DNA of 52,858 nucleotides, from assembly GCA_046756545.1 (NCBI GenBank), contig JBHHWM010000004.1:1-52858 (forward strand), given 5' to 3'. Positions 18,988 to 31,603 of the stretch are shown one piece after another; the first letter of the stretch is position 1; every line of letters starts with the position of its first letter. Both the position numbers and the translations under genes were made by a program. Under the pieces are notes generated by a model. That model made no database searches and had not been told where the DNA came from. It worked only from the letters and a program-made list of their open reading frames with translations. The stretch comes from Rhodothermales bacterium. Its GTDB lineage: Bacteria > Bacteroidota > Rhodothermia > Rhodothermales > JBHHWM01.

Positions 18988-20385
18988 ATGAAGATTCTGC
19001 TGGTCAGCCCCCCCAGTGGTGAGTTGACAATCGGGTTGAAATACCTGTCCAAAGTCGAACCATTGGGACTGGAGATTCTTGGTGCGGCGGTACCCGGGCA
19101 TCAGGTTGAGGTCCTCGATATGGAACTCGACACCAATCTGATAGGCACGCTGGAACGGTTCCAGCCCGACGTTGTGGGGGTCAGCGCGCAGGTGGTGCAG
19201 ACCTACGCTGCCCGTCGCGTTCTCAAGACAGCCAAGGCATTCAATCCTAAGACGCTCACGCTGTTAGGCGGTCATCACGCAACGCTGTGCCCCGAGGAAT
19301 TCAACGCGTCGTATATCGATGCCGTCGTGCTGGGTGAAGGGGTGACGGCTTTTCAGGAGGTCATCGAGCGACAGCGTCAGGGCCGCGACTTCGAGGATGT
19401 AGCCGGGTTGGCGATTCCACGCAACGGGCACATGCACTATACGCCGACACGCCCCATCCCCGCGACACTCGATCATCACCCGTTGCCCGACCGGTCTCTG
19501 ACAGCGCGGTATCGTTCGCGTTATTATTACTTGCACGAGTCGCCCGTAGCGGCCATCCAGACCTCGTTAGGCTGTCCCTATTCGTGCAATTTCTGCTCGT
19601 GTCAAAAATTCACCCGGCGGCGCTTCATCCCGCGCGCGCTCGAACTCGTCGTAGAAGATCTGAGCCGGATCGAGGAGGAATTCGTGATATTCTGCGACGA
19701 TCACTCGTTCACCGACGTGCAGCGTATGGAGCGGCTGCACGAGTTGATAGCTGCTCGTGGGATCAAGAAACGATACTTTGCCTATACCCGTGCCGACACT
19801 GTGGTGCGGCATCCGGAAACGTTCGAACGATGGGCGCGCATCGGCTTGCAGGTTGTGATGACGGGACTGGAGGCCATCGATGATGCCAGCATAGACATCG
19901 TCGACAAAGGAACCAATGCGTCGATCAACGAGCAAGCTGTAGACATTCTGGAGAAGTGCGGCATTGGCTTGAGTGCCGGCTTTTTGGTTATGCCCGACTT
20001 TACCGAAGCCGACTTCAAGCGCATCGACGACTACATCCGCGCGCGGCCCAGCATCGTCCTGACCGAACTCACCCCCCTCACCCCCCTACCTGGAACCGAC
20101 CTACATGCCGAAATAAAAGACACCATCCTGACTCATCATCGGGAAGTGTATGATCTGGCCCACTTCGTCGTGCCGACTGAGTTGCCGTTGCCGGAAATGT
20201 ACCGCCTGATACGCAAATACTACTTTCGCGCGATATGGCGCGCTGTCATGCGTATGCGTCTGTACCGGCCCAAGATTCTCTTTCAGCGCCACATTCCGCG
20301 TTTGCTTGCCGGAATCATGCGTACGGCCAGGATCATGGGGCGCTCGGGAGCTATCAGGAACGTGCCTGTTCCGCGAGAGGTGTGA
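18988..20385 (+). CDS. Cobalamin-binding radical SAM enzyme (class B methylase-like)
   Basis: EPLGLE, GGHHAT and GEG (B12-binding domain), CPYSCNFC (CxxxCxxC), DD, GLE, TPLPGT. Confidence 0.92.
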   Translation: MKILLVSPPSGELTIGLKYLSKVEPLGLEILGAAVPGHQVEVLDMELDTNLIGTLERFQPDVVGVSAQVVQTYAARRVLKTAKAFNPKTLTLLGGHHATLCPEEFNASYIDAVVLGEGVTAFQEVIERQRQGRDFEDVAGLAIPRNGHMHYTPTRPIPATLDHHPLPDRSLTARYRSRYYYLHESPVAAIQTSLGCPYSCNFCSCQKFTRRRFIPRALELVVEDLSRIEEEFVIFCDDHSFTDVQRMERLHELIAARGIKKRYFAYTRADTVVRHPETFERWARIGLQVVMTGLEAIDDASIDIVDKGTNASINEQAVDILEKCGIGLSAGFLVMPDFTEADFKRIDDYIRARPSIVLTELTPLTPLPGTDLHAEIKDTILTHHREVYDLAHFVVPTELPLPEMYRLIRKYYFRAIWRAVMRMRLYRPKILFQRHIPRLLAGIMRTARIMGRSGAIRNVPVPREV

Positions 20386-21212
20386 TGGATATTCAGTACT
20401 TTGGTTGGTCAGGTGTGGCGATTCGGCATGCCGGCGTTTTGGTCGGGTTCGATCTGTATGGAGACGCCGTGACGTGGGACAGGCTAGGCGACGCGACGGC
20501 GACGATTTTGTGCCTGACGCACGGCCATCCCGAGCATTGCGGTTCGTTACGGCGCTTCCTGGCTACGACCGAGGCACATTCGCGCCTGCCCACCACGCAC
20601 ATTATCTCATCGCCGCCTGTTGTGAAGCATGTAGCAGGGAATGGGAGGCTTCCATCAGACCATGCCCATGGCGTCGATGATGGCGGGCGCGTTACCGTCG
20701 GCGAGGTAGAAGTTGCGGCCTTTGCCTGGAAGCATTTTCCCTTGCTTCCGCCGGGCATGCGTGCCAAGGCCACGTACACGGCCCGCTTGCTGAGACGGCC
20801 AATCCGTTTAGCGCGTATCGGTTTTAGCAGCCTGGGGCTCCCAGTGCGAGCACCTATGATCGGCTTTCATGTCACATTCGCCGATGGACGCACTGTGTTA
20901 AACTACGCCGAAGGGCTGCATCGGTTGACTGATCCAGACGAAGTTAAAACCGTCGCACGAACGCTGTCGGCGGAGGTGTTGCTGTTCGCCATTGAGCCGG
21001 AAGATGTAGAGGTGATCCCTCGTTGGCTGGAGATGTTGCGCCCTTCGACGGTGTTTTTGTACGAAGCGCACCGCCCTTGGCGCGAGCTATTCCGGCTGCC
21101 CTACGTCGATCTGCAAACCTATGCGGACGAGCTGTCAGCCCGTTTCCGGCACACCCGATTCAATACGCTGATAAGTGACAAAGCGATTGAATCAACCGTT
21201 CAGGCTTTATAA
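20385..21212 (+). CDS. Metallo-beta-lactamase-fold protein with a divergent metal motif
   Basis: MDIQYFGWSGV, FD, THGHPEH (HxHxDH with D->E); TGATG coupling to the radical SAM gene. Confidence 0.7.
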   Translation: MDIQYFGWSGVAIRHAGVLVGFDLYGDAVTWDRLGDATATILCLTHGHPEHCGSLRRFLATTEAHSRLPTTHIISSPPVVKHVAGNGRLPSDHAHGVDDGGRVTVGEVEVAAFAWKHFPLLPPGMRAKATYTARLLRRPIRLARIGFSSLGLPVRAPMIGFHVTFADGRTVLNYAEGLHRLTDPDEVKTVARTLSAEVLLFAIEPEDVEVIPRWLEMLRPSTVFLYEAHRPWRELFRLPYVDLQTYADELSARFRHTRFNTLISDKAIESTVQAL

Positions 21213-21270
21213 GAGAGGGCTCTCCCGATTCGATGCCTGTTCTGCAAAATGACCGTTGCCCCTGGCAGCA

Positions 21271-22557
21271 TTAGCTACAGGGTGTTTCGATGAGGCGCGT
21301 CGGTTCGGATGAGCCCGGATCCGACGACGCTCGGCCATTCCCCTGATACCGGCCATTGACAACCGGTTCTGGGCACAGGATATCCTGATAATAGCCGGCA
21401 ATACGATCCAATACCGCATCCCAGTTGTACCCCTGCGCACGACGCAACGCCTCGCCCCCCATCCGACGACGCAACCCCGCATCCAGCACCAGACGCTCCA
21501 CACACTCAGCAAAACTAGTCACAACCCCCGGCACCGCCAAGTACCCCGTCTGATCCGGCACTACCAGCGAACGACTCCCCAGCGCATCGGCACACACCGT
21601 CGGCAACCCCGAAGCCATCGCCTCCAACGTCACGTTGCCGAAGGTCTCAGTCTCGCTCGGAAACAGAAACACGTCCGACGACGCATACGCACGCGCCAAT
21701 GCCTCGCCCCTGAGGTACCCGGTGAACGTCGTCTCCGGCAGGCGCTTGCGGAGGGTAGCCTCGATGGGACCTTCGCCGACGATGAGGCTTCGATGCGGAA
21801 TCCCCCGCGCACGCAACACCTCCAACACCTCCGCAAACACCGCCAACCCCTTCTCCCACACCAACCGACCCACAAACGCAATCACTACCTCCTGTTCCCC
21901 TATACCCTGCGACCCCCGCCAAGCCTGCGAACGACGCCCCGGATGAAACAACGACGTGTCCACCCCCCGCTGCCACAATCGCAACCCCTCCGTGATACCG
22001 TGCGAACGCAACACCGACGCCATCGCCTCCGACGGCACGTAGATGTGCCGACAGTGCCCGTAGAACCACCGCAGGTACCACCAGACAAAGCCCTCGGCAA
22101 ACGAGAGGTTGTAATACTTGAGATAGGAAGTGAAATGCGTGTGACAGGAGGCCACTACGGGGATGCCCCACTGTCGCCCCAGGCGCACGCCCCGGCGTCC
22201 GAGCAGGTCGGGCGAGGCGATGTGGATCATCATGGGGTTGAAGGCGGCGACCTGTCGGTAGATCGAGCGGGGTAGACCGCGAGAGACGGGGTAGTCGGGG
22301 CGTCCGGGGAAGGGGAAGGAGGGGACGGGAACGAGGGTGCCGACGTGGTTGATGGGGGGGTTGTCGATGGTGGGGGCGAAGATCTGTACGTGGGCTTGTA
22401 GGTGTTCGAGGTGGGCCACGAGTCGGTTGAGGGTGAGCGAGGATCCGTCGGCGATGTGGTTGTAGGCGCCGGTGAAGATGGCGATGCGTTTGCCGGCCAG
22501 GGATGCACCGGGCACCGCATGCCCGTTTAGTTTGCTGAAGTTGGGTATACCTGTCAT
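21271..22557 (-). CDS. GT4 glycosyltransferase (MgtA/SQD2-like), copy A
   Basis: HTHF, RGVD..LFHP, VGRLVWEKG, YASSDVFLFPSETETFGNVTLEAMASGLP. Confidence 0.92.
   Translation of the reverse strand: MTGIPNFSKLNGHAVPGASLAGKRIAIFTGAYNHIADGSSLTLNRLVAHLEHLQAHVQIFAPTIDNPPINHVGTLVPVPSFPFPGRPDYPVSRGLPRSIYRQVAAFNPMMIHIASPDLLGRRGVRLGRQWGIPVVASCHTHFTSYLKYYNLSFAEGFVWWYLRWFYGHCRHIYVPSEAMASVLRSHGITEGLRLWQRGVDTSLFHPGRRSQAWRGSQGIGEQEVVIAFVGRLVWEKGLAVFAEVLEVLRARGIPHRSLIVGEGPIEATLRKRLPETTFTGYLRGEALARAYASSDVFLFPSETETFGNVTLEAMASGLPTVCADALGSRSLVVPDQTGYLAVPGVVTSFAECVERLVLDAGLRRRMGGEALRRAQGYNWDAVLDRIAGYYQDILCPEPVVNGRYQGNGRASSDPGSSEPTRLIETPCS
21383..22508. repeat. 1126-bp direct repeat, copy 1 (matches 24125-25250, offset 2742)
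   Basis: ORF-track translations of the two copies are identical in several frames; boundaries read by eye (mismatch at 21382/24124, divergence after GGATGCAC). Confidence 0.92.
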
Positions 22558-22812
22558 AAGGAAATAGCTGTCCCTGGAATGGATGCTTTTTGCCGAGTGC
22601 GGCCTGGGAAGTTACGTAGCTTAAGTGGGTGATGAAAGAGGAGCAGCCCGGCCAGACAAAACGGTCTCATCCTTCAAACTCAAACCAGCCGCCCCGAGCG
22701 CAGAGAAAGTAACACCGTGGATGAAAAGGAGGGCAGATCGGTGTGAAGAACGTTTTCGCTATCCCCGCTATCATGGTGGGCGGAGGCCGTTCACGGCGGT
22801 ATGGTGGTTCGG

Positions 22813-23997
22813 TTAGAGAAGTATTTTTTCCACCGATACCGGTGATTCATCGGTTGGGATGTGAGGCAGCAAGGCTCTCATCGCCTGCGCGTATTGATCT
22901 GCTACGGTGGCCCACTGGAAGGTCTGGGTGGTGTGTCGGGTCGCCTGCCGGGAAGCGGCTTCCAGTGCTGCCCGGTGGTGATAGTAGGTCATGATCGCTT
23001 CGGAGAACGCCCATGCATTACCGCTCTCGACGAGGTGCCCGTTGATTCCTTCTGTGATGACGTCCTGAATGCCTTCGAGCCGGGAGGCTATTGTGGGCAG
23101 CCCGGAGAGCCCGGCTTCCAGCATAACTACGCCGAACCCCTCTATGTCGCCTGGCACCGGGATGTTGGGCATGAGGAACAGGTCGGCCCCGCGATAGAGC
23201 GCTGCGAGATTCTCTTCCGACACCCGGCCCAGCAGACGGACGCGCTGTTCCAGGCCGTGTCGTCGAATAGCGTCGGCGATGGCGGGCGCTTCGGGGCCGT
23301 TTCCTGCAAGCCAGTAGTGCACGTCGTCTGGCAGGAGCGGCATCACGTTATCAATGAACCATGCAAATCCTTTGCGTTCCACCTGTCGCCCCACACTACA
23401 CAACAGCAAAGCATCGTCCGGCAATCGATAGTCCGGGGAGCCCAGCGTCTCTAAGAGCACCCGGCGTCGTGCCTCGAAAGAGTGAAGGGGTGCAAAGCGG
23501 TCAGGGTTGATGCCGTTGGGGATGACACGCAGCTTATCGTTGGGGAGTCCACGCTCCAGGCAGGCTGCGCCGGTGGCCCGGCTGACGGGGAACACAGCGT
23601 CGCACGCGGCAAACATGCGACGCACGAGGCGCTGGTACGGACCGGGTTGGGTCACGTCCCGGCCGTGGGCAATGATGGCCATCGGAATGCCGAGTGGGGC
23701 CAGGGTACGCTGCAGGAGAACAACCAGCGTACCCGAAACCATCGAAGAGAAGAGCACCGCGTCGATCTCGCCCCGTTCGGCCTTGCGTTGGATCTGTCGA
23801 CACGTTCTGAGCAGCCAGGGAATACCAACCACGTGATGCATGCGCCAGGAACTGCGCAAGATGATCGCATCGAGCGCGACATTGGTATGCCGTTGCAGGG
23901 CCTGATACAGTTCGACTGCTACACGCTGCATCCCGCCAAGATTGGCGAGTGGGCGATTTGGGGGAGGAAAAGATTGGGATATGTATAAAAGGCGCAC
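22813..23997 (-). CDS. GT4 family glycosyltransferase
   Basis: GTG start; GGMQRV, HGRD, VGRQVERKGF, EGFGVVMLEAG. Confidence 0.92.
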   Translation of the reverse strand: MRLLYISQSFPPPNRPLANLGGMQRVAVELYQALQRHTNVALDAIILRSSWRMHHVVGIPWLLRTCRQIQRKAERGEIDAVLFSSMVSGTLVVLLQRTLAPLGIPMAIIAHGRDVTQPGPYQRLVRRMFAACDAVFPVSRATGAACLERGLPNDKLRVIPNGINPDRFAPLHSFEARRRVLLETLGSPDYRLPDDALLLCSVGRQVERKGFAWFIDNVMPLLPDDVHYWLAGNGPEAPAIADAIRRHGLEQRVRLLGRVSEENLAALYRGADLFLMPNIPVPGDIEGFGVVMLEAGLSGLPTIASRLEGIQDVITEGINGHLVESGNAWAFSEAIMTYYHHRAALEAASRQATRHTTQTFQWATVADQYAQAMRALLPHIPTDESPVSVEKILL

Positions 23998-24003
23998 GAT
24001 ATA

Positions 24004-25299
24004 TTAACCGGTTACGGGTTCATTCGAAGTGGGGACCAGCACGGGCTCGGAGAACGCAAGATCGGACGATGCCATCCCGTCTCCTTCGGCCTCGCTGACC
24101 GTGATTCGCGGCGAGCACAGGATGTCCTGATAATAGCCGGCAATACGATCCAATACCGCATCCCAGTTGTACCCCTGCGCACGACGCAACGCCTCGCCCC
24201 CCATCCGACGACGCAACCCCGCATCCAGCACCAGACGCTCCACACACTCAGCAAAACTAGTCACAACCCCCGGCACCGCCAAGTACCCCGTCTGATCCGG
24301 CACTACCAGCGAACGACTCCCCAGCGCATCGGCACACACCGTCGGCAACCCCGAAGCCATCGCCTCCAACGTCACGTTGCCGAAGGTCTCAGTCTCGCTC
24401 GGAAACAGAAACACGTCCGACGACGCATACGCACGCGCCAATGCCTCGCCCCTGAGGTACCCGGTGAACGTCGTCTCCGGCAGGCGCTTGCGGAGGGTAG
24501 CCTCGATGGGACCTTCGCCGACGATGAGGCTTCGATGCGGAATCCCCCGCGCACGCAACACCTCCAACACCTCCGCAAACACCGCCAACCCCTTCTCCCA
24601 CACCAACCGACCCACAAACGCAATCACTACCTCCTGTTCCCCTATACCCTGCGACCCCCGCCAAGCCTGCGAACGACGCCCCGGATGAAACAACGACGTG
24701 TCCACCCCCCGCTGCCACAATCGCAACCCCTCCGTGATACCGTGCGAACGCAACACCGACGCCATCGCCTCCGACGGCACGTAGATGTGCCGACAGTGCC
24801 CGTAGAACCACCGCAGGTACCACCAGACAAAGCCCTCGGCAAACGAGAGGTTGTAATACTTGAGATAGGAAGTGAAATGCGTGTGACAGGAGGCCACTAC
24901 GGGGATGCCCCACTGTCGCCCCAGGCGCACGCCCCGGCGTCCGAGCAGGTCGGGCGAGGCGATGTGGATCATCATGGGGTTGAAGGCGGCGACCTGTCGG
25001 TAGATCGAGCGGGGTAGACCGCGAGAGACGGGGTAGTCGGGGCGTCCGGGGAAGGGGAAGGAGGGGACGGGAACGAGGGTGCCGACGTGGTTGATGGGGG
25101 GGTTGTCGATGGTGGGGGCGAAGATCTGTACGTGGGCTTGTAGGTGTTCGAGGTGGGCCACGAGTCGGTTGAGGGTGAGCGAGGATCCGTCGGCGATGTG
25201 GTTGTAGGCGCCGGTGAAGATGGCGATGCGTTTGCCGGCCAGGGATGCACGAGGCACTGCGTGCCCGTTAACCGATTCTAGATGCGGGGTATCTGCCAT
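24004..25299 (-). CDS. GT4 glycosyltransferase (MgtA/SQD2-like), copy B
   Basis: Core identical to 21271-22557; N- and C-terminal ends are different but homologous. Confidence 0.92.
   Translation of the reverse strand: MADTPHLESVNGHAVPRASLAGKRIAIFTGAYNHIADGSSLTLNRLVAHLEHLQAHVQIFAPTIDNPPINHVGTLVPVPSFPFPGRPDYPVSRGLPRSIYRQVAAFNPMMIHIASPDLLGRRGVRLGRQWGIPVVASCHTHFTSYLKYYNLSFAEGFVWWYLRWFYGHCRHIYVPSEAMASVLRSHGITEGLRLWQRGVDTSLFHPGRRSQAWRGSQGIGEQEVVIAFVGRLVWEKGLAVFAEVLEVLRARGIPHRSLIVGEGPIEATLRKRLPETTFTGYLRGEALARAYASSDVFLFPSETETFGNVTLEAMASGLPTVCADALGSRSLVVPDQTGYLAVPGVVTSFAECVERLVLDAGLRRRMGGEALRRAQGYNWDAVLDRIAGYYQDILCSPRITVSEAEGDGMASSDLAFSEPVLVPTSNEPVTG
24125..25250. repeat. 1126-bp direct repeat, copy 2
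   Basis: See copy 1. Confidence 0.92.
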
Positions 25300-25699
25300 A
25301 AGGTTGTAATACGTCTCCTGGACACACCTTTGAAGTGAACGGAGTGCCTCGGAAATCCACGCATGGGTGAAAGTTAGGAACCTGGGTGTGGGCAGTAATG
25401 CCCCGTCCCCAACCGGCGACGAGTATCCTCCTTAGTATCGTCACCATGTCCAACATTACGCCGCCCTGAACGGGAAGAATCAACCGAAGGTTCTACCGCC
25501 AGGCTCGCCGAAAAGACGAGGAGCACCTGGATCGTTGAATTTCACTCGATTCTCATGAGGCGACGCATCGTGGACAAAGACGCTGCTACCCGTCAAATAA
25601 ATACTAGCCGCACTCAACGTGCACGAAGTAACATGGCGACGAAAGAAATGAGGGACAACAGTCTCAAGCAGTATAGGAAAAGTCTAGCAATAGCACCAG

Positions 25700-28573
<2,874 letters not shown>

Positions 28574-28800
28574 CGGGAAGGGAAGGACAGAGGGTGGGCG
28601 AAGGTGCTACGGTGGATCAGGCCTTATACGCACATGTGCAAAACATGATGCCGCAGAGGGGAGGAAAAATTACGATCTCGTCCGCATGGGTCCCTTCGAA
28701 TTGCTCTGAGGGTGCGGAACAGCCCGGTAGGGGCTCCGGTTGCAGGCAGTCCGGGGCCAGGCGGTTTCGGCGATCCTATCGTTTCCTGTGCAGATACTCC

Positions 28801-30930
28801 ATGGCGTTTCTGAATCCGCTCGTGCTGTTTGGGTTGGCGGCGGCGGCCATCCCGCTGATCATTCACCTCTTCAATTTTCGTCGGCCCAAGAAGATAGACT
28901 TCAGTTCGCTGGCGTTTCTAAAGGAGCTTCAGCGCAGCACCATGCAGCGCGTGCGGATCAAGCAATGGCTGCTTCTGCTGCTCCGGACCTTCGCTATTGC
29001 CTGCCTCGTTCTGGCCTTCGCCCGCCCCACGCTGGAGGGCGATCTGACCGGGTCGCTGGGCGGTCGGGTTCATTCGTCCATCGCCCTTGTGCTCGATAAT
29101 TCGCTCTCGATGACCCTGCGCGATACGCAGGGCGAATACCTGGAACAAGCCCGCGACATGGCGGCGGGCCTCGTGGATCGGACAGAGCCGGGCGACGAGC
29201 TTTTTATTCTTCCTACCGCCTCGACTTCGGATGTGCTGCCCTCGGCCTACAAGAATCACGGCCCGGCCCTCGACGCCCTTGCCGACATCACGGTGCAGCC
29301 CGGCGCATCCAATGTCGCACGTGCGCTGGAGCGGGCCGCGACGCTACTCCAGGAAGCCTCCCATCCCAATAGAGAAATCTATCTGCTCTCGGATCTCCAG
29401 CGGAGCACCCTCCTCGATTCGATTCAAACCCAGATGCCGCATGACGTTCGGGTAATACTCCTGCCTGTTGGGGACCGTGCGCATGCCAACGTGGCGATCA
29501 CCGAGGTGCGGGTGACCAGCCGGATCGTCGAGGTGGGCCAGGCGGCCCAGGTCGAGGCTACGTTAACCAACCATGGCACGGAGCGTCTGGACGGATACGT
29601 GGCGAGCCTTTACCTCGAAGGAGAACGCGTGGCGCAGGCGACCGCCGACCTCAACCCCGGCGTCTCGACCCCCGTGCGTTTTGCCGTTACGCCGCAGGCA
29701 CGGGGTTGGCTTGCAGGGCTTGTGCAGATCGAGGACGACGCCTTCGAACACGACAACCTGCGCTACTTTGCACTGCATGTGCCCGAGAGGCGACGGCTCC
29801 TCATGGTGCGGGGTGAAGGACAGCAGACGCAGTTTGTCGAACTGGCGCTTTCTTCTCAACTAACGCGTGGACGCGTCACGTTCGACCTGGAAACCATCGA
29901 TGAATCGACACTGACTGCCACGACGCTGGGCACCTACGATGCCGTTGTGCTCGTAGGCCCGCGCGACCTGTCGAGCGGGGAGGTGGCGTCCCTGACGCGC
30001 TACATCGATGGCGGCGGAGGCGTGTTGTTCTTCCCCAGCGAAGCGGCGCGCGCCCCTGACTACAACGCCCTTTTCGGGGGGCTCGGTGGCGGCACCTTCA
30101 GCGGCTTCAGCGGCTCGTTGAACGCGGGGCGTTCCATAGCTACCTTCGACCGCGTCGATCTGGAGCACCCGCTCTTCGAGGGCGTCTTCGAACAGACCGG
30201 GCTCCGGGGGCAGGCCGAAATCGAAAGCCCGGAAGTGTACTATGCGATGAACTATACCCCCAGTTCGGGCACCGAGCAGACGCTCATTCAGCTTTCGAGC
30301 GGTTTTCCGTTCATGCAGGAGATCCGGTACGGGCGTGGGGCCGCGTTCATTCTTACGGTAGCGCCCACCGTCGGTTGGAGCGACCTGCCGGTGCGCGGCC
30401 TGTTCATCCCGCTGCTCTACCGGTCAATCTACTATCTCTCCTCCAGTGAGTCGGTTCAGGGGGAACAACTCGTTGTCGGGAAGGCCGGTGAACTGCGGCT
30501 GACCGGAATCCCGGTGGGCGAATCGCTGCGCCTTGTCGCGCCGGACGGGGAAGAAATTACGCCGGAACAACGGAGCCTCTTTGGTGCCGTCCTGCTCCAG
30601 ACCGACGCTTCCTTGCGCGCACCGGGTCTGTACGACATCCGGGCGGGTCAGGCGCTCGTCCGGCGGGTTGCGTTGAATCTGGACAGCCGGGAATCCGACC
30701 TGAACGTATTTGCGCCTGACGAAGCCGCCACGCGCCTCGCCGCTGCGACGGGCCTGTCCGTGCGGGTGCTCGATCCGGGGGCGGGGGGAGCCGAGGGGGT
30801 CGTCGCGGCCATCGAAGCCGAACGAACCGGCGTCGAACTGTGGAACGTCTTTCTCCTCGTGGCGTTGCTGTTTATGATCGCTGAAATGCTTGTCTCCATG
30901 CAGTGGCGTCCCGAAGCTGTCCCGGCCTGA
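28801..30930 (+). CDS. BatA-domain / vWA / CARDB-like membrane protein
   Basis: MAFLNPLVLFGL..IPLIIHL N-terminal double TM, LARP-like motif, MIDAS DNSLS, SD; C-terminal ESDL and TM helix. Confidence 0.88.
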   Translation: MAFLNPLVLFGLAAAAIPLIIHLFNFRRPKKIDFSSLAFLKELQRSTMQRVRIKQWLLLLLRTFAIACLVLAFARPTLEGDLTGSLGGRVHSSIALVLDNSLSMTLRDTQGEYLEQARDMAAGLVDRTEPGDELFILPTASTSDVLPSAYKNHGPALDALADITVQPGASNVARALERAATLLQEASHPNREIYLLSDLQRSTLLDSIQTQMPHDVRVILLPVGDRAHANVAITEVRVTSRIVEVGQAAQVEATLTNHGTERLDGYVASLYLEGERVAQATADLNPGVSTPVRFAVTPQARGWLAGLVQIEDDAFEHDNLRYFALHVPERRRLLMVRGEGQQTQFVELALSSQLTRGRVTFDLETIDESTLTATTLGTYDAVVLVGPRDLSSGEVASLTRYIDGGGGVLFFPSEAARAPDYNALFGGLGGGTFSGFSGSLNAGRSIATFDRVDLEHPLFEGVFEQTGLRGQAEIESPEVYYAMNYTPSSGTEQTLIQLSSGFPFMQEIRYGRGAAFILTVAPTVGWSDLPVRGLFIPLLYRSIYYLSSSESVQGEQLVVGKAGELRLTGIPVGESLRLVAPDGEEITPEQRSLFGAVLLQTDASLRAPGLYDIRAGQALVRRVALNLDSRESDLNVFAPDEAATRLAAATGLSVRVLDPGAGGAEGVVAAIEAERTGVELWNVFLLVALLFMIAEMLVSMQWRPEAVPA

Positions 30931-31024
30931 ATGGCCGTCGGATTCCAATACAGCGGCTCCCTCCTTTCATTAGATCATACCCTGGTTCTGAATAGGACAT
31001 GCGCCTGTATCTCGTCTCAAATCG

Positions 31025-31603
31025 ATGCCTGTCGCCGCCGACGTATTAACCACGCTGCACTTTATTCTACAAATTGGCTTTATAGCCGTCACGCTGATGC
31101 TACTGCTTGTGACGGCTATAAATCGGTTGCGCGTGCGTCGTGTGCGCCTGACGTGGCGTACGGGGAAGCTTTTCGGGGTGCCGGTGTGGCCCACGCTGTT
31201 TCTGGGCGCGGTGCTCCTTTTTTTCGGAGGGGCCCTCGTAATGGGGCAGCCGCTTCCCCTTTTCCTGATCGTCGGTTATCTCCTGGGCGGGATCTTCTGG
31301 TTCATGGCCGGGCTGCTTTCGAACGCGGTGCTGGTCACCGAATATGGCCTGATTCGTCATCCGAACCGGGCGGAGGAAGCCGTTGCATGGGGCCAGGTGG
31401 TCGATTATTTCGAAGTGACGAAGGGCCGAAAGCATCGATACGTCTTTTTTTACCTCGATTATGCCGATACGCGCCGCCGCCTGGAACTGACGGTGCCCCG
31501 GTTGCAGCACGAGGCATTCTGCCGGATCGTCCGTGAAAAACTCGACGCCCGCTTCGAACTCTCGGCGCAGAAAGTCTACGGTAAGAAGGCGCTCGAAGGA
31601 TGA
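31025..31603 (+). CDS. Hypothetical membrane protein (3 TM plus PH-like soluble tail)
   Basis: Hydrophobic helices followed by VTEYGL...VAWGQVVDY. Confidence 0.7.
   Translation: MPVAADVLTTLHFILQIGFIAVTLMLLLVTAINRLRVRRVRLTWRTGKLFGVPVWPTLFLGAVLLFFGGALVMGQPLPLFLIVGYLLGGIFWFMAGLLSNAVLVTEYGLIRHPNRAEEAVAWGQVVDYFEVTKGRKHRYVFFYLDYADTRRRLELTVPRLQHEAFCRIVREKLDARFELSAQKVYGKKALEG

Noticed and set aside
22230-22520. Pro/Ser/Thr-rich alternative-frame ORFs inside the duplicated GT4 genes
   Set aside because: A by-product of the C-rich synonymous skew, not independent genes.
21383-25250. Repeat pair as a diversity-generating retroelement template/variable region, or as IS copies of a composite transposon
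   Set aside because: No adenine-specific mismatches, no reverse transcriptase or transposase, and the repeat is purely glycosyltransferase coding sequence.
25491-25503. GGCGGTAG on the minus strand upstream of the GT4 cluster as an ops/RfaH site
   Set aside because: Lacks the nnTG extension, GGCGGTAG arises easily at this GC content (also near 28553), and there is no NusG paralogue nearby.
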